Under the pieces are notes generated by a model. That model saw only the letters and a program-made list of their open reading frames with translations. It searched no databases and was not told where the DNA came from. 64,000 nucleotides of DNA from Candidatus Nezhaarchaeota archaeon (GTDB lineage: Archaea > Thermoproteota > Methanomethylicia > Nezhaarchaeales > WYZ-LMO8): NCBI GenBank assembly GCA_030055465.1, contig JASFYF010000001.1, forward strand, positions 958,581 to 1,022,580, given 5' to 3'. How positions within the stretch are numbered: the stretch's first letter is position 1; each line of letters begins with the position of its first letter. A program made the position numbers and the translations under genes. Shown here in pieces: positions 18,900-29,141 of the stretch.

Positions 18900-20375
18900 A
18901 TGCCCTATAAAATAAGAGCTGACGGAACCCTTGAACCTTTAAAGAGAAGCGTCGCTGATGTCCTCAAATTTTTAGAGGAAAACAGGGTGCTGTTCGTAGA
19001 CCTGCAGGTCACAGACATTTTTGGCAGGCTTCACCATGTATCGGTGCCTAGGAGAACCGTGGATGAGGACTTCTTCGCGTACGGAGCCCCGGAACTCGAT
19101 GGATCGTCTATAAAGGGCTTCGCTCAAATATACGACTCAGACCTTGTTTTGAAGCCAGATCCCAACACCTGCGCATTGGTACCGTGGTCACCCGAGCGAC
19201 ATAGGACTGCAAGGCTGCTATGCGACGTATATTGGGGCTTTGGTCGTGGGAGACTTGAAAGCGATCCAAGGTATATAGCCCAGAGAGCCGAGGAAAGCCT
19301 GAATCACAACGGCTTTACGACTTCATATTGGGGTCCGGAACTGGAGTTCTTCGTGTTCGACAAAATAGAGTTTAACACCCTCAACGCTTATGAGGGGCAA
19401 TCCTACCGCATACTATCGAGGGAGGCCGCTTGGAACACTGAGGCCGGCACTAACTATCCGGTGAGGTTCAAAGATGGATATTTTGCGCCTCCTCCTTACG
19501 ACGCTTTTATCGAACTTCGGTGCGAATGCGTAAAGACGCTCGAAGAACAATTCGGCATATACACCGGGGCGCACCACCATGAAGTTGCCACGGCAGGCCA
19601 ATGCGAGATAGAAATGTATAGGGATACCTTAACCAACATGGCTGACAGCGTTGTGACTTGCAAGTACGTGATTAAGAACGTGGCTAAGGCCATGAACCTC
19701 GTGGCCACCTTCATGCCCAAGCCCATATACGGTGATAACGCCTCAGGAATGCATGTGAACGTTAGCCTCTGGAGGGGCGATAACAACGTTTTCTACGACC
19801 CAGACGACCACTACGCTGAGCTAAGCCAGACCGGCAGGTACTTCATAGGGGGGCTCAAGGAGCACGCCAGATCTCTAGCGGCTATAACCAACCCCACTAC
19901 AAACTCCTATAAGAGGCTTGTACCCGGCTTCGAGGCCCCAGTTTATATAGCCTGGGGTAGAGCAAACAGGTCCACGTGCATAAGAGTTCCAGTCTACTAT
20001 CGCGGCGGGATTAAAGCTGCGAGAGCGAAAAGAGTGGAGTATAGGTCACCAGATCCATCGGCTAACCCTTACCTTTGCTTTGCAGCAATATTGGCTGCCG
20101 GCATAGATGGAATAAAGAAAAAGGTAGATCCGGGAGATCCAATAGACGAAAACATATACTCGCTTCCTCCGGAAAGAAGAAAATCCCTGAATATAGGTGA
20201 ACTGCCAAGGGACCTCAGAGAGGCCATCGATGAGCTTCAATCGGACTTAGAGTACCTAAAACCGATATTCACATGTGAAATTCTAGATAAGCTAATGGAC
20301 CTCCTTAAGGAGCAAGCGCTTCAGGTATCCATTAGGCCGCACCCACACGAGTTCTACCTCTATTTCGACGTTTAG
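18900..20375 (+). CDS. glnA: glutamine synthetase type I
   Basis: 491 aa with the GS motifs FVDLQVTDIFGRLHHVSVP, GPELEFF, NASGMHVNVSLW, NSYKRLVPGFEAP and RVEYRSPDPSANPY. Confidence 0.95.
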   Translation: MPYKIRADGTLEPLKRSVADVLKFLEENRVLFVDLQVTDIFGRLHHVSVPRRTVDEDFFAYGAPELDGSSIKGFAQIYDSDLVLKPDPNTCALVPWSPERHRTARLLCDVYWGFGRGRLESDPRYIAQRAEESLNHNGFTTSYWGPELEFFVFDKIEFNTLNAYEGQSYRILSREAAWNTEAGTNYPVRFKDGYFAPPPYDAFIELRCECVKTLEEQFGIYTGAHHHEVATAGQCEIEMYRDTLTNMADSVVTCKYVIKNVAKAMNLVATFMPKPIYGDNASGMHVNVSLWRGDNNVFYDPDDHYAELSQTGRYFIGGLKEHARSLAAITNPTTNSYKRLVPGFEAPVYIAWGRANRSTCIRVPVYYRGGIKAARAKRVEYRSPDPSANPYLCFAAILAAGIDGIKKKVDPGDPIDENIYSLPPERRKSLNIGELPRDLREAIDELQSDLEYLKPIFTCEILDKLMDLLKEQALQVSIRPHPHEFYLYFDV

Positions 20376-20812
20376 CCAGGTAAATCTTCATGCCGAACGG
20401 CGAGCAGCTGCTACGAGCATTGCTCTCTGTTTCTCAATCGTATTTTACTTTAAAAATTGTTAGAACGTCAAAGGCGTGAATAAACTCCGCAAACCTCGAA
20501 GACCAGTCTAAGAGCACCCTAGAGGCTCCAGCCAGTTAACCTCACATTAAATGAGGTGGATTTGGGGCGAATGCAGCCAAGCAGAGATGCCTGATGTGCG
20601 AACCCTCGCGTTTGGCTGGATTGGCCTTCTATGTGGTAGAGGGAACATAACTGCGCGCTTCGACTCGGAAAGGAAGACACGATACTGCACGCTTACGCAT
20701 AGCCTTAATGTTTTGCGTAAAGTGGAAGCTCGAAGCTGGGTATATTAGGCTGCACCCTTCGATATCATAAAAAGCGATTGCAGAGCATGGTTGTTGGCTT
20801 CTGCAAGTTGGG

Positions 20813-21718
20813 GTGATAATGATGAAGGAGATAGTAGTCGTTAGCGGTAAAGGCGGATCGGGTAAAAGCATCTTCACCGCGTCGCTGGCCTACCTATTTC
20901 ACCAAGAAGGATTCAAGGTCATGGCCGTGGACGTGGACGTAGACACCCCAACGTTGCACTTCATGTTACCCATAGGTGAAATTGTTAAGTGTTATGAAGT
21001 TTACATGTCTAGGAAAGCTGAAATAAACCACCTTCGCTGCAATAACTGTTTGAAATGCGTGGATGTGTGCCCTTACGGGGCAATAGAAATTGTAGAAGCA
21101 GCGTGCCCATCCGTGAACTCGTTGTACTGTGAGGGTTGTGGTGCATGCGGAATCGTTTGTCCTAATGCAGCGGTGTCCATGAAGGAAAGCAAAACCGGAT
21201 GCATGATCTTCGGGGAAACGAAGTTTGGGTTTCCGCTCTTCACGGCAAAGCTTGAAATATACGAGCATAACAGCGGCTTGATGGTGCAGGAGATCAGGAG
21301 CAGGGCAGTCGACATTGCTAAAGAACGTGGAGTTGACTTGTTGGTGGCTGATGGCTCTCCAGGCATTGGGAGCAACGTCATAGCCTCTCTCGCAGGGGCA
21401 TCCTATGCAGTTGTGGTCACCGAGCCGACTCCTCAGTCCTTTAGAGGAGGTTTTAGGGTTACTATGATAGCGCAGCAGTTCAGGATTCCCTCAGGCTTTA
21501 TCATAAACAAGTCGATGGGTTACCCCGTAGAGGAGGAAGCAGAAAGAATGCTTTCCGTTATGAACGCTAGGTTGATAGGGAAAATACCGTATGACTATGA
21601 AGTTGTAAAGGCGTTGACCTCCCTTAAACCTCCGGTAGCGCATAACCCTGAAAGCAGGGCTTCGAAGGCGATTAAGCTGGCCTACGAAAACATCAAGATA
21701 GGGGCGGGTTTAAGATGA
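20813..21718 (+). CDS. MinD/ParA-family P-loop ATPase with inserted 2x[4Fe-4S] ferredoxin domain
   Basis: GKGGSGKS P-loop. Cluster motifs CNNCLKCVDVCP and CEGCGACGIVCP. Confidence 0.85.
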   Translation: MIMMKEIVVVSGKGGSGKSIFTASLAYLFHQEGFKVMAVDVDVDTPTLHFMLPIGEIVKCYEVYMSRKAEINHLRCNNCLKCVDVCPYGAIEIVEAACPSVNSLYCEGCGACGIVCPNAAVSMKESKTGCMIFGETKFGFPLFTAKLEIYEHNSGLMVQEIRSRAVDIAKERGVDLLVADGSPGIGSNVIASLAGASYAVVVTEPTPQSFRGGFRVTMIAQQFRIPSGFIINKSMGYPVEEEAERMLSVMNARLIGKIPYDYEVVKALTSLKPPVAHNPESRASKAIKLAYENIKIGAGLR

Positions 21719-22668
21719 GCATAGCAGTTGCGGTCACGGGAGGGAAAGGTGGCGTCGGCAAAAGCGCCGTAGCGGCAAACTTGGCGGCTGCGCTGTGGAG
21801 AATGGGACATAGAACGTTGCTTGTGGATTCAGATGTCGAGAACCCAAACTTGCACCTGTTCTTAGACGTGAACCCGCGGAGGATTATGCCGATCAGCGTT
21901 TTCACACCCGACTTCGACTTGGGTAAATGCACGAAATGCGGTAAGTGCATCGAAGCGTGCCCTGAGAAAGCGATAGCATTAGAAGAATATGGAGGGGTGA
22001 GGGTTCTCGGCGAAGTGTGCATCGGCTGCAAGGTGTGCTATTACGCTTGCCCTCAGGAATCTATACGTGGTGGAGCTAGAGGTATAGGATACATTCGCGC
22101 TGCCGTGAAAAACGGTCTAAGACTCATAGCAGGTGAACTTAAGCCAACTGAGTCGAGATCGGCTTTAGCCATCTACAAGCTAATGCGCGTGGTGAAAGAT
22201 GATATTAAAAGGGAAAAATACGATTTCATTATAGTGGATACTCCTCCTGGAGTCTGTAGCTCAGTTCTCCAGGCTCTTAGAATAGCTAATGTAGCAGTAG
22301 CCATTTCGGAGCCCACGCCCCTTGGCTTGGAAACAATGAGGATGACCGTAAACATGTTGAATACCATGAAGCTAGGCTGGATAGCATTCATAAATAAAAG
22401 CGGTATATCTCAAGGATGCGAAGAGGAGCTGCTGAGCTTATGCAGAGAGAGCGGCGCTCAGCGCATCTTTCTAATGCCTTATGATGAGGAGGTATTCAAG
22501 ATTAACATGAGTTATAAGCTTCTCGTTGAAAGTGATCACCCATTCAAGAAAGTGCTGCTAGACTTGGCGGATCATATTCGCGAGTTAGCCCCCACAAGAG
22601 CGAATGGCTTTCAACCTAAAAATGGGGGTTCGAAGCGTCTAGGTAGCTTCATTAACCCTCATCAATAA
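21715..22668 (+). CDS. MinD/ParA-family P-loop ATPase with inserted ferredoxin domain (paralog)
   Basis: GGKGGVGKS P-loop. Cluster motifs CTKCGKCIEACP and CIGCKVCYYACP. 4-nt overlap with the upstream paralog. Confidence 0.85.
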   Translation: MSIAVAVTGGKGGVGKSAVAANLAAALWRMGHRTLLVDSDVENPNLHLFLDVNPRRIMPISVFTPDFDLGKCTKCGKCIEACPEKAIALEEYGGVRVLGEVCIGCKVCYYACPQESIRGGARGIGYIRAAVKNGLRLIAGELKPTESRSALAIYKLMRVVKDDIKREKYDFIIVDTPPGVCSSVLQALRIANVAVAISEPTPLGLETMRMTVNMLNTMKLGWIAFINKSGISQGCEEELLSLCRESGAQRIFLMPYDEEVFKINMSYKLLVESDHPFKKVLLDLADHIRELAPTRANGFQPKNGGSKRLGSFINPHQ

Positions 22669-23091
22669 GGCTTTAACGAGCTTTCTCCCTTCACATACTT
22701 TACCCTCACTCGTGACTCGTAGAACTTTGTACCTCTTCCCCTCCCTTATGTAGGGGCTTTGGCATGTTACGTAGTACTTACATGTAACATCTGTACATCT
22801 TGCCTTCTTCAAGGTTATTATAGCGTCTTCGATGGCCATTTTAGCATCTATCATTGCCTCTACTTCAGCCTCGGCAACTCTTGCAACGACAACCCAGTCA
22901 CCCCTCAACGCACACTCATGCTTCTTTCCCACGACGTCCACGACCACGTACACCGTGTTTGGTTTAAGCTTCAACGCGCATACTTCTCGCAGCTTACATT
23001 CGAAGCACACATCAGCTGGCTTTTCAAATACGAACTTGAAGCCAGGTTTAGCCTGAAGCCTCCCCACGAGCGTTGTTATGATCTCCTTCAC
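22639..23091 (-). CDS. UPF0179-family protein
   Basis: 150 aa with ITTLVG..CFECKLREVC..VVDVVGKKHEC, resembling archaeal UPF0179 proteins as I recall them. Confidence 0.6.
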   Translation of the reverse strand: MKEIITTLVGRLQAKPGFKFVFEKPADVCFECKLREVCALKLKPNTVYVVVDVVGKKHECALRGDWVVVARVAEAEVEAMIDAKMAIEDAIITLKKARCTDVTCKYYVTCQSPYIREGKRYKVLRVTSEGKVCEGRKLVKALLMRVNEAT

Positions 23092-24137
23092 TCTATCACT
23101 CCCGTGATCTTGGCTAATCTTTCAGCGGCCTCTCTAGTTAACCCCGTATCGCCAAGTATGGTGTACCTGGGCCTCACCTTATGGGCTTCAAGGAGGGCTT
23201 TTATAATGCATTCGTCATCTAAACCAAGCTCTCTAGCTGTTGTTGGGGCTCCAATAACTTTCAGTGCCCTCTTGATCTTCCTCCAATTAATACCGTGAAG
23301 ATAGGCCATCATTATTGTGCCCACCCCGCACTGCTCTCCGTGAAGTGCAGGTCTGGGCGCCGTAGCATCTATAACATGCGAGAACTGGTGTTCAGCCCCC
23401 GAGCAAGGTCTTGAGGATCCCGCTATGCACATGGCAACGCCGCATGAGACTAGGGCCTCGATTACCGTCCTAACTCCCTCTTCGTCACGCGCTCCTATCA
23501 GCTCGGCGTGCCTCATTATCAGCTTAGCTGAAAGCATAGCTAATGAGGCTGCGTACTCTCCGTAATATTCGTTCTTTATCTTGTGGGCCAGCTTCCAATC
23601 TCTCACAGCCGTAAGCTTAGCTATTGCGTCTCCGCAACCGCTGGCGAGAAATCTATGAGGAGCACTCATTATGATGCTTACATCAGCTATCACGGCTAGA
23701 GGTGGCTTGCCCTTTAAGGAGTAGGGTAAGGCAAGCCCTTTAAGCGATATCATTGGTGAGGCTATGCCATCATGCGAGGCGGCGGTTGGAACGCTTATAA
23801 ACGGGATGTCAAGCTGGAGGGCCACATATTTGCCTAGATCTATTGTTGTTCCACCTCCAACCGAAATCACAAAGCTAGGCTTTATTTGTGTAGCCCATTG
23901 GAGTACATCCTCGTGCTCGCGTTCGTTGCCCTTAACTTCCTTGTCGAACGTATTAAATCCAAGCCTTGAAAGCGAGTTGAGAACAACGTCTCCTGCAAGC
24001 CTGTAGCCAACTTTCCCCAGCAGAACGTAGGCCTTACCGAAGAGGCCAAGGGATTTGGCTACTTCACCTGCTTTCTCGATAACCCCTTTGCCTATGAGTA
24101 TTTTCCTGGGAAGCTCGATATCATGTGGGTCAAGCAA
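23088..24137 (-). CDS. egsA: sn-glycerol-1-phosphate dehydrogenase
   Basis: 349 aa with GGGTTIDLGKY, VPTAASHDGIASP and AEHQFSH. This is the archaeal membrane-lipid backbone enzyme. Confidence 0.85.
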   Translation of the reverse strand: MLDPHDIELPRKILIGKGVIEKAGEVAKSLGLFGKAYVLLGKVGYRLAGDVVLNSLSRLGFNTFDKEVKGNEREHEDVLQWATQIKPSFVISVGGGTTIDLGKYVALQLDIPFISVPTAASHDGIASPMISLKGLALPYSLKGKPPLAVIADVSIIMSAPHRFLASGCGDAIAKLTAVRDWKLAHKIKNEYYGEYAASLAMLSAKLIMRHAELIGARDEEGVRTVIEALVSCGVAMCIAGSSRPCSGAEHQFSHVIDATAPRPALHGEQCGVGTIMMAYLHGINWRKIKRALKVIGAPTTARELGLDDECIIKALLEAHKVRPRYTILGDTGLTREAAERLAKITGVIE

Positions 24138-24257
24138 TTTTAATCCCTTCTCATTTCCGTAAAGCTTTTAAATATGCATGCCGCTTTCCTGCTTGTCCTG
24201 CATTCTATTGTAAACGTAAATCCAGGAAAAGTTGTTCGCTTTGTGGTGTGTTGAAAA

Positions 24258-24887
24258 ATGGTGCCTTCAGGAGGAATAGAACCCCCAGTATTTAAGGGGA
24301 CAACAACTGTCGGAGTGAAATGCGCAGATGGGGTAGTGCTTGCCACGGATAGGCGTGTGACTTCAGGCTTCTTCATAGCGAACAAGAAAGGCAAAAAGAT
24401 ACTCCAGATAGACGACATGGTTTATGCAACCATAGCAGGGGTTGTCGCCGATGCTCAGATGCTTGTAGATCGCGTAAGGGCACAAGTCAAGTACATCAAA
24501 ACTTCTACGAAGCAGCCGCTATCCGTTAAGGCAATAGCGAGCTTGATGTCGAACCTGCTATTCTCGTACCGATACTTTCCATTCATAGTCCAAGCAATAG
24601 TTGCAGGGATAGACAGTGAAGGTTCTAAAATGTTCAACCTGGATTTCTTTGGCACGTTAACAGAGGAGAAGTACATAGCTACGGGTTCTGGTTCTCCTCT
24701 AGCCATAGCTATACTTGAAAGCAAATATAGAGATGGAATAATGGTAAAAGAAGCTTTGCCAATGGTTGTGGAAGCAGTCAAAGCAGCCATTAAGTGGGAT
24801 CCGGGTTCAGGTGAGGGCTTCGACGTAGCCATTATAACTAAAGAAGGCGTCGAAGAGATACCGCAAGAGAAACTTGAACCAAAGTGA
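24258..24887 (+). CDS. psmB: proteasome subunit beta
   Basis: A propeptide is followed by GTTTVGVKCADGVVLATDRR. Confidence 0.92.
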   Translation: MVPSGGIEPPVFKGTTTVGVKCADGVVLATDRRVTSGFFIANKKGKKILQIDDMVYATIAGVVADAQMLVDRVRAQVKYIKTSTKQPLSVKAIASLMSNLLFSYRYFPFIVQAIVAGIDSEGSKMFNLDFFGTLTEEKYIATGSGSPLAIAILESKYRDGIMVKEALPMVVEAVKAAIKWDPGSGEGFDVAIITKEGVEEIPQEKLEPK

Positions 24888-24937
24888 TGTACGTATACCA
24901 CGTTTAGAGCTTCATTTCATGAAGGACGGGTAAAAAG

Positions 24938-26851
24938 TTGGTTCAACAAAACCACCTATCGTCGCTGAGAGACGGAATACTAAAGAGCATACCGCCCGAG
25001 GTAGGAGTCACTAAAATAGAGTTTGAAGGGCCCGAAATAGCCGTTTACGTTAAAAATCCCTCAGTGCTTCTTTCAAGTGGAGACCTTGTCAAAACCGTAG
25101 CCAAGAACCTGAGGAAAAGGATAGTTCTAAGGCCCGACCCTGAAGTTAGGAAGGACAAGGAGGAGGCTAAGAAGCTGGCTTACGAGCTAATACCACCTGA
25201 AGCCGGCATAACAAACATCTACTTTGACGAAGTCATGGGCGAAATGACCATAGAGGCTAAAAAACCCGGAGTAGTCATAGGGAGAAACGGGTATTTGCTT
25301 AAACAGCTCCTTGCCTCTACCCTTTGGAGACCGGTGCCCGTTAGGACTCCGCCTTTAAAATCCAAGTTCGTGGAGTACGTTTCTCTGCTTTCACATAAAA
25401 ACAGCAAGTACAGGTTTAAAGTGTTGAGGGAGGTCGGAAGGAGAATCCATAGACCTATTCTTTACAAGATAGACGAGATAAGGATGACAGCTCTCGGAGG
25501 CTTCAGAGAGGTGGGCCGCTCTGCAATACTTGTAGAGGTCGGCGAAGACAAGATATTGTTGGACTGTGGTGTGAAGCCCAGCGTTAGAGACTACGCTAAC
25601 GAGTTCCCAGCCTTCTGGCTTGATAGCTTTGACATTGACTCACTGAGCGCTGTAGTGATAACTCATGCACATTTAGACCATTGTGGAGCACTTCCGTTGC
25701 TTTTCAAATACGGCTATAGGGGACCTGTCTACTGCAGTGAGCCAACAAAGATGCTCATGTCGTTAATACTGAAAGATTACTTGGACGTAGCCGATAAGGA
25801 GGGTAGGACGCCAATCTATGGGCCAAGAGAAGTTAAGCTCGCCCTCCTCCACACGCTAGCGCTAACGCATGGTGAAGTAACCGACATAGCTCCGGGAGTG
25901 AAGCTAACCCTTCATAGTGCTGGGCATATACTTGGCTCTTCAATGGCTCATCTTCACATAGGTGAAGGTCTGCATAACATAGTATACACTGGCGACTTTA
26001 AGTATGGTAGAACTAGGCTTCTGGAACCTGCCTCATCCACGTTCCCTAGGCTCGAGACTTTAATTATGGAGTCGACCTATGGTGGTCCCCAGGACGTAAT
26101 GCCGTCTAGAGAGGAAACCGAAGCTAAGCTTTTAGAGATAATCAATAGAACGCTGGAAAGGGGAGGCAAAGTACTTATTCCAGTTTTAGCCGTGGGAAGA
26201 GCTCAAGAAATTATGCTTGTGCTGGCAAACGCTGTTGAGAAGAAGCAGATACCCTCAGTTCCAATATACATTGAGGGCATGATACAGGAGTCCACAGCGA
26301 TACACACCGCTTATCCAGAAAGCCTAGCTAAGGAGGTCCGAGACAAAATCTTTTACGAAGATGCAAATCCGTTTTTAGCCGAAAACTTCGCAACGTTAAC
26401 GAGAGGACACGTGAGGCTTGACGTAGTCGAAGGTGAACCATGCATAATCTTGGCAACTTCAGGCATGCTCAATGCGGGCCCAGCCCTTGAATACTTCAAG
26501 TTAATGGCTGAGGACGAGAAGAACTCGTTGATCTTCGTGGCGTACCAAGTTGAGGGCACCTTAGGTAGAGCCATACAGGAAGGAGCTAGGGAGGTGACGG
26601 TTGACTACGTGGACGGCAGGCCGATATCGCTCTCGGTTAAAATGGAGGTGCACACTTGTGGTGGGTTCAGCGGCCACAGTGACCGGAAACAACTACTACG
26701 CTTCGTTGAAAGGGTCACACCTAAGCCCCGCAAAATAATACTCTGCCACGGCGAGGATGAGAAGACGGCGAGCCTAGCATCATCCATAGAGCGCTACTTC
26801 AGACTTCCGGCAGAAACACCGGATTACTTAGACTCCCTGAGAATTAGGTGA
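24938..26851 (+). CDS. beta-CASP ribonuclease aCPSF1 (KH domains plus metallo-beta-lactamase)
   Basis: 637 aa with N-terminal KH-like repeats, the HAHLDHCG motif and a beta-CASP C-terminal region. Confidence 0.92.
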   Translation: MVQQNHLSSLRDGILKSIPPEVGVTKIEFEGPEIAVYVKNPSVLLSSGDLVKTVAKNLRKRIVLRPDPEVRKDKEEAKKLAYELIPPEAGITNIYFDEVMGEMTIEAKKPGVVIGRNGYLLKQLLASTLWRPVPVRTPPLKSKFVEYVSLLSHKNSKYRFKVLREVGRRIHRPILYKIDEIRMTALGGFREVGRSAILVEVGEDKILLDCGVKPSVRDYANEFPAFWLDSFDIDSLSAVVITHAHLDHCGALPLLFKYGYRGPVYCSEPTKMLMSLILKDYLDVADKEGRTPIYGPREVKLALLHTLALTHGEVTDIAPGVKLTLHSAGHILGSSMAHLHIGEGLHNIVYTGDFKYGRTRLLEPASSTFPRLETLIMESTYGGPQDVMPSREETEAKLLEIINRTLERGGKVLIPVLAVGRAQEIMLVLANAVEKKQIPSVPIYIEGMIQESTAIHTAYPESLAKEVRDKIFYEDANPFLAENFATLTRGHVRLDVVEGEPCIILATSGMLNAGPALEYFKLMAEDEKNSLIFVAYQVEGTLGRAIQEGAREVTVDYVDGRPISLSVKMEVHTCGGFSGHSDRKQLLRFVERVTPKPRKIILCHGEDEKTASLASSIERYFRLPAETPDYLDSLRIR

Positions 26852-27344
26852 AAAACTCTTTTAGCCTACTCCACACCTTGTCTCCTACGTGATGCAGGTT
26901 CTTTATAGCCCTCCCCCTTCCTGCAGCTCTAATTTCACTGCTACTTAACAGGGCGGAGCCTACACAGAGGGGTTTACCGTACTTTTCGTCAACCACGACG
27001 ACAACCTCATCCCGGGAGAAGTCTTCTTCAACTTTTACTATCCCCGGAATCATCACGTCGGCGCCGTTGACTACGTGTTTAACAGCGCCCATATCAACCA
27101 CGATGCGGGGTAACTCTACTAGTCCTTTAAGCATTGCCATTAAAGACGGTACCAGAAAGTTATTGATCATCAACACAAGTGGTTCCCCATTCATAAAGTA
27201 CGCTGTAGCCTCATTGTTCAAGTTCATATACTCCCATTTAGATTTATGGTCTATCTCACACTTAAAGCGCAGCTTGTCCTTGATTGAGGCTACAAGCTTC
27301 TTAGCCTCGCTTTTGCTTAATGGAAAGCGATGAGGTTTGCTCAC
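26844..27344 (-). CDS. PUA-domain RNA-binding protein
   Basis: 166 aa. The C-terminal PUA-like segment is VDMGAVKHVVNGADVMIPGI..PLCVGSAL. Confidence 0.7.
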   Translation of the reverse strand: MSKPHRFPLSKSEAKKLVASIKDKLRFKCEIDHKSKWEYMNLNNEATAYFMNGEPLVLMINNFLVPSLMAMLKGLVELPRIVVDMGAVKHVVNGADVMIPGIVKVEEDFSRDEVVVVVDEKYGKPLCVGSALLSSSEIRAAGRGRAIKNLHHVGDKVWSRLKEFFT

Positions 27345-27414
27345 ACTATTTTTCGTTAAGATTTAAATACATATACTTTTACAACCTTTAAGCAAAGGTT
27401 GGCTGGGTTTCATT

Positions 27415-27642
27415 ATGTCGGAAGCGACATTAACGATCTTGGCTTCGTCCATCGGCAATCAAATATTTGTCAGGCTCAAGGGAGGTAAGGAGTTTAGGGG
27501 TAAACTGAAGAGCTACGATCAGCACCTCAATATAGTCCTCGAAGACGCTGAAGAGCTCAAGCAGAACGGTGAATCCAAAAAGCATGGACTAATATTGATA
27601 AGAGGGGATAGCATAGTGCTCATAAGCCCTGCCTTTGCGTGA
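27415..27642 (+). CDS. Sm-like (LSm/SmAP) protein
   Basis: 75 aa with Sm1/Sm2 motifs ([29 protein letters not shown]...[11 protein letters not shown]). Confidence 0.9.
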   Translation: MSEATLTILASSIGNQIFVRLKGGKEFRGKLKSYDQHLNIVLEDAEELKQNGESKKHGLILIRGDSIVLISPAFA

Positions 27643-27656
27643 GGAGGCTCAAAGCA

Positions 27657-27848
27657 ATGGTCAAAGGGACAACTTCGTTTGGAAGAATGAATAAAGGGGC
27701 AACACATATAATATGTAGAAGATGTGGCAGGAGATCCTATAATAAGAGGAAGCATTACTGCGCCGCATGCGGGTTTGGACGCTCAAAAAGAATAAGGGAG
27801 TATTCGTGGCAAAATAAACCATTGACAAGAGCCTACAGGCTGGTGTAG
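27657..27848 (+). CDS. rpl37e: 50S ribosomal protein L37e
   Basis: [41 protein letters not shown]. The tracked ORF begins at a GTG at 27639, but the ATG at 27657 fits L37e N-termini. Confidence 0.9.
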   Translation: MVKGTTSFGRMNKGATHIICRRCGRRSYNKRKHYCAACGFGRSKRIREYSWQNKPLTRAYRLV

Positions 27849-27926
27849 ATCGCCACTGCAGCAAAGCCCAATAAGGGGTTGGAAAGAAACTTTAATACGA
27901 GCCGAGTGGGGACCCTCTAAAAGGAG

Positions 27927-28003
27927 GGGCCGGTAGATCAGCCTGGTTGATCGCCCGCTTGGCATGCGGGAGGTCGCGGGTTCAAGTCCCGCCCGGTCCA
28001 CCA
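27927..28003 (+). tRNA. tRNA-Ala(GGC), no intron, CCA encoded
   Basis: Acceptor GGGCCGG/CCGGTCC with a G3:U70 pair. Anticodon arm CCCGC-TTGGCAT-GCGGG. T loop TTCAAGT. Ends ACCA. Confidence 0.9.
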
Positions 28004-28093
28004 CCTCATTTTCACTTGCATTAATGAATTTGGATTTTCTATTGGCATTGAGAAAACTTAACTCTACCTCATTTAGAAATGTTGGTTGCTTTG

Positions 28094-28882
28094 CTAAGTG
28101 CAAGTCACTTCGTAACTATCCTTGGATACCATTTTGAGTAGCCCCTCGCGATCTAAAATCTCGAGGGCTTTCTCCAAGTATATTGGATCGGGCTCGGCTC
28201 CATACCACTTCTTGAATGAGGCCTCCACCTCTTTTAGGGTCCACACGTTTTTTGCGTTTTCTCTTGATTCTTCCTGTAACATTACCCTCAGGAATTGCCT
28301 GTAATCGTCGAGTCTAGACCATGGAAACTGGAACCAAACGAATTCTGTTATCTCGACGACAAAGTAGTCTGGCTTCAAGGCACTCATAGTCGACTTCCAG
28401 GTTAATGTTGCGGTCTTGACTTCTGGCGCTTTCCACCTTTTCTCGACAACTTCCTTTGCTTTCTTCATGTGGAAGCCTGTAACTATTATCTCTTCGACTA
28501 GGAGGGCCTTTAGGCCTCTTAGGTCAATATCGTATTCGAAGTTCACGGTGACCCTTAACCTCTTCACAACCTCTTCAATGCTTTTTTCTACTGACCCAGC
28601 ACCTCGAGAAGCCTTAACCCAACCTCGTATCATGTCGGCTAGGTACTTCTCGGCAGGGTTTTTATTATCCGTCTCCAACCATTTGACCGGAACGCCCATG
28701 AGGCTTCCAACGTCAAGAAAGTCGCAAAGTAGCCTAGCAACAACAAATCCACCTCTGCCGACGGCGACGACGACATCGGGATTGAAGTCACTTTCCGCAA
28801 CTTTTTTGCTGAGATCTTGTGTCCATTTAACGACCTCGTTCCACTCGACGAACTTCACTGGGTAAAGCATAAAGTATTCCAC
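28094..28882 (-). CDS. phosphoribosyltransferase-domain protein with C-terminal extension
   Basis: VVAVGRGGFVVARLL and the PRPP motif LLVEEIIVTG. Confidence 0.6.
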   Translation of the reverse strand: MEYFMLYPVKFVEWNEVVKWTQDLSKKVAESDFNPDVVVAVGRGGFVVARLLCDFLDVGSLMGVPVKWLETDNKNPAEKYLADMIRGWVKASRGAGSVEKSIEEVVKRLRVTVNFEYDIDLRGLKALLVEEIIVTGFHMKKAKEVVEKRWKAPEVKTATLTWKSTMSALKPDYFVVEITEFVWFQFPWSRLDDYRQFLRVMLQEESRENAKNVWTLKEVEASFKKWYGAEPDPIYLEKALEILDREGLLKMVSKDSYEVTCT

Positions 28883-29141
28883 CAGCTATGCCTTAAGGCT
28901 TGTTAATGCTAGCTAAACAATAACTTATTTAAGTGTTGCTACTTAAAAGAGAGTATCTCGAATGCGTTGCTCTTCGACGCCCTGTGAGAATCGCTCTGCA
29001 ACTTGATGTCACCTTCATGTTTTCAACTTCTAAGGTCTCCAACGCGGGTTTAACGGGCGCCTGCATCCTACACGCGTTATTCGCTGGCTTAATGATGATA
29101 ACCTTTATACGGTTATCTCCGCATGGGGATTAAGCATAGTT

